From the NCBI GenBank assembly GCA_045590935.1, contig JAZNSA010000156.1, forward strand, positions 1-42,497: 42,497 nt of DNA. Reading direction: 5' to 3'. Below are positions 34,436-42,497 of this stretch, piece by piece (within the stretch, counting starts at the first letter, position 1; each line of letters opens with the position of its first letter). The position numbers and the translations under genes were made by a program. The notes under the pieces are model-generated. The model saw only the letters and a list, made by a program, of their open reading frames with translations. It had not been told where the DNA came from and ran no database searches. This stretch comes from Clostridia bacterium (lineage in GTDB: Bacteria > Bacillota > Clostridia > UBA1381 > UMGS1253).

Positions 34436-34560
34436 ACCTATTCAATCTTACCTAAACTAATGTCCAAACTCGCCTGTGTCGAGTTTCAGACTTTTAACTT
34501 TATCAATACAGCTTTACGTTTTGACGGCTGATTTAATACCGTTTTCTTCAATATAAAGCC

Positions 34561-34611
34561 AAAAAATATGCACCTTACACAAAATTTTTTTCAAATTTGT
34601 GCAGGGTGCAT
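34561..34611 (-). terminator. Terminator of the phosphoglucomutase gene
   Basis: The minus-strand RNA AUGCACCCUGCACAAA...UUUGUGUAAGGUGCAU forms a long stem followed by AUUUUUU. Confidence 0.7.
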
Positions 34612-34630
34612 AATCAAAATTTTTAACTTG

Positions 34631-36364
34631 TTAAATTCCGAAAACCTTGCGAGCTTCTCTTTCTATATACTCAATTTTTTCGCTCGCATCTTTCTCAGAC
34701 TCAGCCGCCGTTCCAAGATAAATCTTTATTTTAGGCTCCGTTCCCGAAGGGCGAACAACAACAAAGGTTTTCCCGTCTGCAAGCAAGAATTTTAAAACGT
34801 CGCTCCTTGCAAATCCGACCAAATCGCTTTTTTCTCCGTTCTTATCATATTTAACGCCATCAAGGTAATCCTGAGTTTCAAAAACTTCGATTCCCGCAAG
34901 CTCACTCGGCAAATTCTCTCTTATGCTCTCGGTCGTTTGCTTCATTTTTTCCATTCCGTCCTTGCCCGCCATAGTTATCGAAATTGTCTTTTCAAAATAA
35001 AATCCATATCGTTTGTATATATCAATCAATCCGTCGTAGAGAGTCATTCCCTTTGCCTTATAGTCAGCCGCCATTTCGGCAATCAACATACTTGCGCCAA
35101 CCGCATCCTTATCCCTTGCATATATGCCCGCCAAATATCCGTAGCTTTCCTCAAGTCCGAATGCAAATTCATTTGAGCCGCTCTGCTCGTAGAGTGCAAT
35201 TTTTTCCGCTATATATTTAAAGCCCGTTAAAACATTTTCAAGATGAGCGCCGTAATTGTCTGCAATCTTTTGGATAAGCTCGCTCGTAACAATGCTTTTA
35301 ACGATTGTCGTCTTTTGATTTAACGTATTATTTCTCTTTTTAGCACTCAAAATATATTCGCACAAAAGCGCACCTATCTGATTTCCCGTAAGTGTTCTGT
35401 ACTCTCCGTCTGAGTCAAGAACAATAACCCCTACTCTGTCCGCATCGGGGTCTGTGCCAATAACAAGGGATGCTCCATTTTGCTTTGCAAGCTCAATTGC
35501 ATCTTTAAATCCCTCTTTATTTTCAGGATTTGGCGATTTAACAGTAGGAAAAGCAGGGTCTGCAACAGCTTGCTTAGGCTCAATAATCAAATGCTTAACG
35601 CCAACCCTCTTTAAAATTTCACTAACAGGTCTTAGCCCTGTTCCGTGAAAAGGAGTGTATACCAGATAAAAGTCGTCGCTAACCTCGGATATAGCATTTT
35701 TATTAATCTGCTGAGCCAAAACCGCACTTAAAAACGCCTCGTCAACCTCTTTTCCGATTATGTTAAGAAGCTCGCTTTCTTCAAACTCCTTATCGTCTGC
35801 AACCTTAACATCCTTAAAAATATCATAGCTGTTTACTAAATTTCCAACGTGGTCGCTCGCATCGGGCGGGAACTGACCGCCGTCAGGTCCGTACGCTTTA
35901 AAGCCGTTATATTCCTTAGGATTATGACTTGCAGTTATCATAACGCCCGCCGCCGCTTTATAATATCTTATTGCAAACGAAACCTCAGGCGTTGCATGAA
36001 CAACGTCAAAAAGATACGCTTTTATTCCGTTTGCAACCAAAACCTTTGCCGTTTCCCTTGCAAATTCCTTTGAGAAATAACGAGTGTCATAGCCTATAAC
36101 AACGCCGTCGCTATTTGCATTTTTGCTATTAACATAAGCACTCATTCCCTGAGCCGCACGGCGAACAGTATAAATATTCATTCTGTTCGTTCCCATTCCC
36201 AAAACGCCCCTCATACCTGCCGTACCAAATTCCAAATCGCAATAAAACCTATCTTCAAGCTCGTCTTTATCGCAAGAAGCCGCCTTTAATTCGCAAATCT
36301 CATCTTCACTCAAAACACCGCTCTCAATCCAATACTCGCAAAGCTTTAACGAACCTTTTCTCAT
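34631..36364 (-). CDS. pgcA: Phosphoglucomutase / phospho-sugar mutase (PgcA-like)
   Basis: Active-site TASHNPKEYNGFK, DPDADR and GLEESYG motifs. ATG at 36364 lies 7 nt after GGAGGG; the track start at 36379 sits inside the SD. Confidence 0.9.
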   Translation of the reverse strand: MRKGSLKLCEYWIESGVLSEDEICELKAASCDKDELEDRFYCDLEFGTAGMRGVLGMGTNRMNIYTVRRAAQGMSAYVNSKNANSDGVVIGYDTRYFSKEFARETAKVLVANGIKAYLFDVVHATPEVSFAIRYYKAAAGVMITASHNPKEYNGFKAYGPDGGQFPPDASDHVGNLVNSYDIFKDVKVADDKEFEESELLNIIGKEVDEAFLSAVLAQQINKNAISEVSDDFYLVYTPFHGTGLRPVSEILKRVGVKHLIIEPKQAVADPAFPTVKSPNPENKEGFKDAIELAKQNGASLVIGTDPDADRVGVIVLDSDGEYRTLTGNQIGALLCEYILSAKKRNNTLNQKTTIVKSIVTSELIQKIADNYGAHLENVLTGFKYIAEKIALYEQSGSNEFAFGLEESYGYLAGIYARDKDAVGASMLIAEMAADYKAKGMTLYDGLIDIYKRYGFYFEKTISITMAGKDGMEKMKQTTESIRENLPSELAGIEVFETQDYLDGVKYDKNGEKSDLVGFARSDVLKFLLADGKTFVVVRPSGTEPKIKIYLGTAAESEKDASEKIEYIEREARKVFGI

Positions 36365-36415
36365 CCAATAACCCTCCATCTTATTTTATATTTTATACTT
36401 TTTCATTTTTCAAAT

Positions 36416-36485
36416 GCTAAAGCTCCTCCCATCTGCATAAAAGAACAAAATAATCTCTTTCACACAGACCGAAGGAGCTTTCAGC
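36416..36485 (-). promoter_or_regulatory. Long-range helix in the pgcA 5' leader (candidate cis-regulatory structure)
   Basis: RNA GCU(G)AAAGCUCCUUC pairs with GGGAGGAGCUUUAGC (14 bp, one bulge) and encloses about 40 nt. Located 50-120 nt upstream of the start. Confidence 0.3.
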
Positions 36486-36685
36486 AATCCAAACAGAAGC
36501 AACCTTCAACAATATTTTATCAAATAAATGATACATTAGTCAATACCATAAATAAAATATATTATAAAATAAAGGGAAAGTATAAGGAGAGAGTTGTTAA
36601 AGGCAACTAACTTCCGTTTGGTTTGCTTTGAATTTATTATACATCATTTTTTATTTAAGTCAATTAACATACTGTGAACATTTCG

Positions 36686-37348
36686 TTAATTTATAACCAA
36701 CTTCTTTTTAAGCATACTAATTGCCTTTTTTTCAAGTCGGGAAATCTGAACCTGACTCAAATTAAGCTCATCTGCAATCTGTGTCTGTGTCATTTGTTTA
36801 AAATAACGTTTTATTATAATATTTTTCAAATTCGGTGCAAGAGAATTTATTGCATCGCTAAGAGAAAGTCTGTCGCAAATTTCACTTTGCTCCTCGCTTG
36901 CAATTTTTAAAATTTCGTCGTTTATTTTTCCGTCGCTGTCATATATCGACAAAACGCTTGCGCCCGCAAGAATTGCCGAAGCAACATTTTCTCTGTCCTC
37001 TTTTAAAATTTCGGATATTTCGCCTACACTCGGCTCATCGCCAAACTCCTTTACATATCTGTCCCTTACGGCACATATTTTTATATTTAAGCTCGCTATT
37101 GACCTTGATACCTTAACCTGTCCGTTATCCCGAAAAAACCGTTTCAGCTCGCCTGTTATGTATGGCACGGCGTATGTTGAAAACTGCGTTCCAAAGCTTT
37201 CATCAAAGCCCTCCGCCGCCTTCAAAAACCCAACACACCCAATTTGAAAAAGATCATCCATTCCTACCCCTCTGCCGATAAACCTTTTCGCAATGCTTAT
37301 TATAAGCCCTTTATACTGCTCAAAAAGCAGTTCCGCTCTTGCGCCCAC
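36686..37348 (-). CDS. sigF: Sporulation sigma factor SigF
   Basis: DDLFQIGCVGFLKAAEGFD, STYAVPYITGELKRFFRD and QTQIADELNLSQVQISRLEKK. Third gene after spoIIAA and spoIIAB. GTG start. N-terminus shorter than Bacillus SigF, so the start is uncertain. Confidence 0.85.
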   Translation of the reverse strand: MGARAELLFEQYKGLIISIAKRFIGRGVGMDDLFQIGCVGFLKAAEGFDESFGTQFSTYAVPYITGELKRFFRDNGQVKVSRSIASLNIKICAVRDRYVKEFGDEPSVGEISEILKEDRENVASAILAGASVLSIYDSDGKINDEILKIASEEQSEICDRLSLSDAINSLAPNLKNIIIKRYFKQMTQTQIADELNLSQVQISRLEKKAISMLKKKLVIN

Positions 37349-37360
37349 CTCCTCACCGCC

Positions 37361-37786
37361 TCACTCCTTGTAAATTCGCTTGGTCATATAAACATCCGTT
37401 CCTCTGCCGACCTCACTTATAACCTTTATACTATCCATAAATGTACTCATAACAGTAAAGCCCATTCCGCTCCGCTCCTCGTCGTCGCTTTCAGTATACA
37501 TAGGCTCCATTGCCTTTTCGACATCAGCAATCCCCCTGCCGCTATCGCTTACTTTAACGCTCAGCACACCCATATCTATCGCACACTCAACAAAAACCTC
37601 TCCCTCTTCTCCGGCATATCCGTGAATAATTGCGTTTGTAACCGCCTCCGATACAGCCGTTTTCACGTCGCATATAATGTCAATTGCGGGGTCAAGCGGC
37701 AAAATAAACGATGCAACAGTCATCCTTGCAAAGCTTTCATTTTCGGAAACAGCGCTGAATTTCAGGCTCATTTTATTTTCACTCAT
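37361..37786 (-). CDS. spoIIAB: Anti-sigma F factor (serine kinase) SpoIIAB
   Basis: MSENKMSLKFSAVSENESFARMTVASF...VSEAVTNAIIHGY aligns with Bacillus SpoIIAB. ATG at 37786 lies 8 nt after AGGAGG. Confidence 0.9.
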   Translation of the reverse strand: MSENKMSLKFSAVSENESFARMTVASFILPLDPAIDIICDVKTAVSEAVTNAIIHGYAGEEGEVFVECAIDMGVLSVKVSDSGRGIADVEKAMEPMYTESDDEERSGMGFTVMSTFMDSIKVISEVGRGTDVYMTKRIYKE

Positions 37787-37798
37787 CAAAAACACCTC

Positions 37799-38134
37799 CT
37801 AAAGCAATTTAAGCGCTGCTTCAACGTCGGCAGCGCTGCCCGCTATTTCATATATCCCCGACAATCTTAGAAGCTTGCTTATTTCCTCGTTTGCATGGGC
37901 AATTACAATCTTTCCCGAAACGGGCGAAATAAACTTGTATCGCCCCATAATCAAGCCTATCCCCGAGCTATCCATAAAATCAAGGCTCGTTAAGTCAAAA
38001 ATTATATGGTTTGCCTTAGTGTCGGCAAAGTAAAGGTCAATAGTTTTTCTTATGTCCTTTGTTTTATGATGGTCTATTTCCGTTTTAAGCCTGACAATCA
38101 AAGCTTTTTTTTGCGCATTAAAAAACATTTCCAT
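37799..38134 (-). CDS. spoIIAA: Anti-sigma F factor antagonist SpoIIAA (STAS domain)
   Basis: STAS motif FMDSSGIGLIMGRY with the phospho-Ser. ATG at 38134 lies 8 nt after AGAGG. The upstream part of the 160-aa track ORF has no protein-like character. Confidence 0.85.
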   Translation of the reverse strand: MEMFFNAQKKALIVRLKTEIDHHKTKDIRKTIDLYFADTKANHIIFDLTSLDFMDSSGIGLIMGRYKFISPVSGKIVIAHANEEISKLLRLSGIYEIAGSAADVEAALKLL

Positions 38135-38372
38135 TAAGTAAACCTCTTTTCTCTTTTGTTTGGTAAATATTCCCATTTTATATATTAAACAAGAAAACCT
38201 TTTTTCCTTTGTTGAAACTCTTCTAGTTTTGTCAGCTTTTGTCAAATGCAAAAAATAAAAAACCGCCGACCTGATTTTCAAGCCAACGGTTTGTTTTTTT
38301 CATCTGTTTATTAAAATTATCTTTCGAAAAACACTATTGTCCACGAAAAATTGAAAAAGTCCTCTCCCTGCT

Positions 38373-38540
38373 TCATCGTGCAATGGCAATCGTTTGAGCC
38401 AACAATCGTACAACTGCCGTATCTGCCGTCGTAAACAACGTTTGCACAAACGTTGATATAAATAGCGGAATCGCAAACAAAACAATTCCCTTAATCAAAT
38501 TTCCCGAGGTTATGTTCTTCCCTATAGTTTCTTTACACAT
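38373..38540 (-). pseudogene. N-terminal stub (55 codons) of a MATE-family efflux transporter
   Basis: Strong SD GGGGAGGGAAGCA-ATG, then MCKETIGKNITSGNLIKGIVLFAIPLFISTFVQTLFTTADTAVV..., the canonical MATE N-terminus, ending in a premature stop. No continuation in any frame. Confidence 0.5.
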
Positions 38541-38583
38541 TGCTTCCCTCCCCTTTTTTATAATGTCAATTGCTTTATGTTAA

Positions 38584-39414
38584 TTATTCGCACAAGCCTT
38601 TCAATAGTTCAATTTCCTTCTTATAGCCGTCAAGCTCATTTGGCGTTTCCAAAATCATTGGAACATTTTTTAAACGCTCGTTATTTACAAGCTTTTTGAA
38701 AAAGTCGGTTCCGAGGCTTCCGTCGCCTATCCTTTCGTGGCGGTCCTTGTGAGAAGAAAACGGGTTTTTGCTATCGTTTATATGAAGGGCGCAAAGGTAT
38801 TTTAATCCAATAACCCTGTCAAATTCTTCTAAAACACCGTCTAAATCGTTTACTATATCATACCCCGCATCGTAAACGTGGCAAGTATCTAAGCAAACGC
38901 CTATTTTGTTTTTTAACTCTACCCTATCAATTATTTGCTTTATTTCCTCAAAGCGACTTCCAACCTCGCTTCCTTTTCCCGCCATTGTTTCAAGAAGAAC
39001 GGTTGCTGTCTGGCTTTCGCTCATAACCTCGTTTAGCATATCGGAAATTTGCTCTATTCCAACATCGATGCCCTGACCGACGTGGCTACCTGGATGAAAA
39101 TTATAATAATTTTCACCAAGATAGTTTAAAGTATTCAAATCCTCTTTCATCATTCTTTTTGCAAGGTCTCTTGTTGACTCATCTTTTGAACACGCATTCA
39201 TCGTATACGGTGCGTGAGCAACAAGCTTTGCAAAGCCGTTTTCTTTCATAAATTCACAAAGTGCATTTGCATCATCAACGTCTAAAGCCTTTGCGCCTCC
39301 GCCTCTCGGATTTCTCGTAAAGAATGCAAAAGTATTTGCACCAATTTTCTTTGCAGTTTTACCCATACTTAAATACCCTTTTGAAACAGATAAATGACAT
39401 CCTATTTTAAGCAT
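38584..39414 (-). CDS. nfo: Deoxyribonuclease IV (endonuclease IV)
   Basis: MLKIGCHLS..., [27 protein letters not shown] and LHINDSK motifs. ATG at 39414 lies 8 nt after AAGGAG. Confidence 0.9.
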   Translation of the reverse strand: MLKIGCHLSVSKGYLSMGKTAKKIGANTFAFFTRNPRGGGAKALDVDDANALCEFMKENGFAKLVAHAPYTMNACSKDESTRDLAKRMMKEDLNTLNYLGENYYNFHPGSHVGQGIDVGIEQISDMLNEVMSESQTATVLLETMAGKGSEVGSRFEEIKQIIDRVELKNKIGVCLDTCHVYDAGYDIVNDLDGVLEEFDRVIGLKYLCALHINDSKNPFSSHKDRHERIGDGSLGTDFFKKLVNNERLKNVPMILETPNELDGYKKEIELLKGLCE

Positions 39415-39665
39415 TATAAATTCTCCTTCCATACAAAACCATTCTTAAAATTAGTTTCGCATATTTATTATATCACATTTTTACACTTTGTCAATTTATA
39501 TCACATTTTATAAAAATATAAAAATATACTCAAAACCCTTGTAATTGTTGAAAATATGTAGTATAATAATATAATGTCATATTATATGTAGCTATACAAG
39601 TTTATATATGCAAAATTTTGATTACAATTTATGGCTGTTATATATGCAGCAGAATGGAGATTCTT

Positions 39666-40871
39666 ATGAAATACATTGTTATCCTTGGTGATGGAATGGC
39701 GGACTTGCCAATAGATAAGCTTGGCGGAAAAACTCCTCTTGAAGCGGCGCACAAGCCCGTTATTGACGAAATGGCATCTTGCGGTGAAATGGGAATGGTT
39801 AAAACCGTTCCTGACGGAATCGCTCCCGGAAGCGATGTTGCGAATTTGTCCGTTATGGGCTATAATCCTAAAAAATATTATACGGGTCGCTCCCCTCTTG
39901 AAGCGGTATCAATCGGAGTTTGCCTTGAAGATAGCGACATAACCTATAGAGTTAATACTGTTACCCTGTCTGACGAAGAAAATTATGAGGATAAAACTAT
40001 GCTTGACTATAGTGCCGACGAAATTTCTTCTGCCGAGGGTGCAGAGCTTATAAAAACGATAAACGAGCATTTTGCAAACGATACTATTCGTTTCTATTCG
40101 GGAACAAGCTATAGAAATCTTATGGTCGTTCATAATGGAAGCAGTAAAAACGACTTAACCCCGCCGCACGATATTTCAAAGCGTGTTATTGGAAGCTATC
40201 TTCCAAAGGGCGAGGACGGCGAGCTTCTTTGCGATATGATGAAAAAGAGCTACGAAATTTTAAAAGACCATCCCGTAAATAAAAAGAGAATTGAAAGAGG
40301 ACTTTCTCCTGCAAATTCAATTTGGTTCTGGGGACTTGGCGGAAAACCTATTTTAACCTCCTTTGAGGAAAAGTATAATAAAAAAGGTGCAGTTATAAGC
40401 GCTGTTGACTTGCTTAAGGGAATAGGAATTGCGGCAGGAATGAAGGTTATAGAGGTTGAAGGTGCAACGGGAAATGTGAATACTAATTTTGAGGGTAAGG
40501 CAAACGCCGCCGCAGATGCGCTTTTAAATCAGAATTGCGATTTTGTTTATGTTCATGTTGAGGCTCCCGATGAGTGTGGGCATAGAGCGGAAATCGAAAA
40601 CAAGGTTCTTTCAATAGAAAAGCTTGATACTTTAGTTGCAATCGTGCGTGAAAAGCTCGACAGTGCGGGCGAGGAATACAAAATTCTCGTTATGCCTGAC
40701 CATCCTACTCCGATTGAAACTATGACTCACAGCTCAGCTCCCGTTCCGTACCTTATTTATCAAAGCGGACAGAAAAAGGTAGCAGACAGACGGTATACCG
40801 AAGCGGAAGCCGAAAAAACAGGAAGATTTCTTGAAGTTGGGCACGAGCTGTTAGATACATTTTTAAAATAA
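39666..40871 (+). CDS. apgM: ApgM-type cofactor-independent phosphoglycerate mutase family protein (metalloenzyme superfamily)
   Basis: MKYIVILGDGMAD...TPLE.A..P..D, then GSDVANLS and VHVEAPDECGH, PDHPTP. ATG at 39666 lies 6 nt after GGAG. Confidence 0.8.
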   Translation: MKYIVILGDGMADLPIDKLGGKTPLEAAHKPVIDEMASCGEMGMVKTVPDGIAPGSDVANLSVMGYNPKKYYTGRSPLEAVSIGVCLEDSDITYRVNTVTLSDEENYEDKTMLDYSADEISSAEGAELIKTINEHFANDTIRFYSGTSYRNLMVVHNGSSKNDLTPPHDISKRVIGSYLPKGEDGELLCDMMKKSYEILKDHPVNKKRIERGLSPANSIWFWGLGGKPILTSFEEKYNKKGAVISAVDLLKGIGIAAGMKVIEVEGATGNVNTNFEGKANAAADALLNQNCDFVYVHVEAPDECGHRAEIENKVLSIEKLDTLVAIVREKLDSAGEEYKILVMPDHPTPIETMTHSSAPVPYLIYQSGQKKVADRRYTEAEAEKTGRFLEVGHELLDTFLK

Positions 40872-40906
40872 TTTTTTATAACTTAATTTGAGAAAGGGGG
40901 ATTGAA

Positions 40907-42028
40907 ATGAGCAAAAACAAAGATGTAACCCGAAGGCTTTTGATAGGGTTTTATATTATTGGCGGAATTATTCTTGCATATTTTGCACTGCCAAAATTGA
41001 TTGTTGTTTTTTTGCCGTTTCTTTTGGCGGGTGTTATAGCGCTTATCGCCTCGCCGCTTGTAAACTTTCTTAATAAAAAGCTTAAATTTCCAAAAAAGCT
41101 TGCCGCGGGAATATGTACGCTTTTTATAGTAGCCTTAATTGCATACTTGATTTATTCCTTGGCTTTCAAGCTTGTTTTATATGTTCAGAATTTAATTTCT
41201 GATTGGGATAATATTAAAGCATTTTGGTATGGCGTTGCCAATCTTGCGTACGAAAAGGTCAATGTTTTCTACCGCAATTCTTCGCCTGAAATTCAAGGTT
41301 ATCTTAATATGGCTATGGAAGCGTGTTTAAATGAACTCCAATCGCTTTTTGCTCCTATCCTTAACAGCGCCATAAGCTTTACTACAAATTTTGCAATGGG
41401 TATTCCGTCTGGAATAATTTTTATAATAGTTATGTTTTTGGCGGCATATTTCATTTTGGGCGAAGCGGATACTTTGGGCGGACTAGCCGAAAGGCTTGTT
41501 GGTGCAAAGACTCTTTTAAGAATAAAGACAGTATATAGGGATATGATTCATGCGCTGGTCGGCTATATAAAAGCGCAAGCGCTTATTATGGCAATCGTTT
41601 CAATTCCGCTTATGATAGGCTTGTTTATTGTGGGCGTTAAGCCGTTTGTTTTAATTGCAATTCTTATTGCAATATTTGATGCACTTCCGATATTCGGCTC
41701 GGGTGCAGTTTTAATTCCATGGTCGATTTTCGGATTTATTACAGGCGATTACAAGGTAGGCATTATTATGCTTGTTCTCTACTTTACCGTTATAATAGTA
41801 AGGCAGATGCTTGAGCCTAGGATTGTTGGAAAGCATATTGGCGTTCCGCCGATATTTACCCTCATTTCTATGTATGCAGGATTGAAATTCTTTGGTATAT
41901 TCGGTATGATTTTAGGTCCTGTCTGCGTACTTATTTTAAAGAATTTATATACCTCCGGAGTTTTTGGAGATAAAAAAAATAAATATGTTTGTGTAAACGA
42001 AAAAGAGAAAGGTGAGTCAAATGGATAA
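40907..42028 (+). CDS. ytvI: AI-2E/PerM-family membrane protein, YtvI-like (sporulation integral membrane protein)
   Basis: 373 aa with 7-8 TM helices. The N-terminal ...LPFLLAGVIALIASPLVNFL.KKLKFPKKLA pattern is typical of YtvI. Confidence 0.7.
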   Translation: MSKNKDVTRRLLIGFYIIGGIILAYFALPKLIVVFLPFLLAGVIALIASPLVNFLNKKLKFPKKLAAGICTLFIVALIAYLIYSLAFKLVLYVQNLISDWDNIKAFWYGVANLAYEKVNVFYRNSSPEIQGYLNMAMEACLNELQSLFAPILNSAISFTTNFAMGIPSGIIFIIVMFLAAYFILGEADTLGGLAERLVGAKTLLRIKTVYRDMIHALVGYIKAQALIMAIVSIPLMIGLFIVGVKPFVLIAILIAIFDALPIFGSGAVLIPWSIFGFITGDYKVGIIMLVLYFTVIIVRQMLEPRIVGKHIGVPPIFTLISMYAGLKFFGIFGMILGPVCVLILKNLYTSGVFGDKKNKYVCVNEKEKGESNG

Positions 42029-42451
42029 ATTTTATATCACAACCGCAATAGCATATACCTCAAGAAAGCCCCATATAGGCAACACTTATGAGGTTGTTTT
42101 AACAGATGCTGTTGCAAGGTTTAAGCGTAAGCAAAAAAAGGACGTGTTTTTCCTTACAGGAACAGATGAGCATGGTCAAAAAATTCAGCAGGCGGCGGAA
42201 GAAAGCGGAATTTCTCCTAAGCAATATGTTGATAATGTGTCAAATGAAATAAAGGATATATGGGATTTGATGGAGTCTTCGTATGACGGATTTATTCGCA
42301 CAACAGACGAACAGCACGAAAAGGTAGTTAAAAAAATATTTAACAAGCTCTATGAGCAAGGCGATATTTACAAAAGTGAGTACGAGGGGCTTTACTGCGT
42401 ACCTTGTGAATCATTTTTTACCCAAACTCAGCTTGTAGACGGATGCTGTCC
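42021..42451 (+). CDS. metG: Methionyl-tRNA synthetase, 5' part (partial)
   Basis: MDKFYITTAIAYTSRKPHIGNTYE (HIGH-type motif), FLTGTDEHGQKI and CVPCESFF zinc knuckle. The reading frame runs into adapter-like sequence at 42452. Confidence 0.9.
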
Positions 42452-42497
42452 AAGTCGGATCGTAGCCATGTCGTTCTGTGAGCCAAGGAGGTGCTGT
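42452..42497. other. Probable sequencing-adapter read-through at the contig end
   Basis: AAGTCGGATCGTAGCCATGTCGTTCTGTGAGCCAAGGAG matches the MGI/BGISEQ read-2 adapter as I remember it. It breaks the expected MetRS CPxCG motif. Confidence 0.6.

Noticed and set aside
34278-34460. 60-aa ORF spanning the end of tRNA-Glu and all of tRNA-Val.
   Set aside because: It overlaps two well-folding tRNA genes and is not a coding region.
37799-38281. Full 160-aa version of the spoIIAA ORF and the extended N-termini in the track for pgsA (8683), argR (12528), pgcA (36379), nfo (39432), apgM (39618), spoIIAB (37795) and the lipoprotein (742).
   Set aside because: In each case an internal ATG with a correctly spaced GGAGG-type SD gives an N-terminus matching the family. 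The upstream extension overlaps the SD or the preceding gene.
38300-38485. 61-aa track ORF (MFCLRFRYLYQRLCKRCLRRQ...).
   Set aside because: It is an Arg/Cys/Leu-rich alternate frame of the MATE remnant region with a TTG start and no SD. The MATE-like frame (38373-38540) explains the region better.
1-42497. A novel defence, toxin-antitoxin, prophage or secondary-metabolite system somewhere in the window.
   Set aside because: There are no nucleases, helicases, methyltransferases, phage structural genes, small paired ORFs or biosynthetic core enzymes. Every sizeable ORF has a plausible housekeeping assignment. The unexplained signal is confined to the RNA leaders and repeats reported above.

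Overview
This window looks like a whole contig from an AT-rich, spore-forming Firmicute (Clostridia-like), and it is mostly housekeeping. I did not find a convincing new multi-gene system such as a defence island, prophage or CRISPR array.

Gene content, left to right:
- The 5' tip of a binding-protein gene and a lipoprotein gene.
- A dedicated ECF-type transporter: EcfT plus one polypeptide fusing two ABC ATPases to an S-component-like membrane domain.
- Two tandem RimK-type ATP-grasp ligases, then recX-rimO-pgsA.
- An orphan sugar-type solute-binding lipoprotein.
- DUF5662-like gene, argR and nadK.
- A decayed patch: an IS3 transposase remnant, rubrerythrin and a histidine-kinase remnant.
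- A nine-gene aromatic amino-acid operon: thioesterase, paaK-like ligase, ACT protein, aroF, tyrA, aroB, aroA, aroC, pheA.
- A TPP-riboswitch-controlled thiamine salvage operon: thiW, thiM, thiE, HAD, thiD and a second S component.
- An AraC regulator divergent from a PIG-L deacetylase and a NagB-like gene.
- queH, a flavodiiron protein, and tRNA-Met, tRNA-Glu and tRNA-Val.
- Phosphoglucomutase, spoIIAA-spoIIAB-sigF, a MATE pseudogene stub, nfo, an ApgM-type mutase, ytvI and the 5' part of metG.

Several start codons were moved from the ORF track to the ATG with a proper Shine-Dalgarno sequence.

The most interesting signals are at RNA or repeat level:
- A terminator/antiterminator leader with an aromatic-rich 28-codon ORF in front of the aromatic operon.
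- A second, half-degenerate TPP-aptamer-like element between the riboswitch terminator and thiW.
- A REP-like double-hairpin family and a dense CAATTCATG hairpin cluster.
- A perfect 101-bp inverted repeat linking the left edge to 9505-9605.
- The triple-fused ECF protein.

The last ~46 nt look like sequencing-adapter read-through. All homology statements come from reading the translations by eye; no searches were run.
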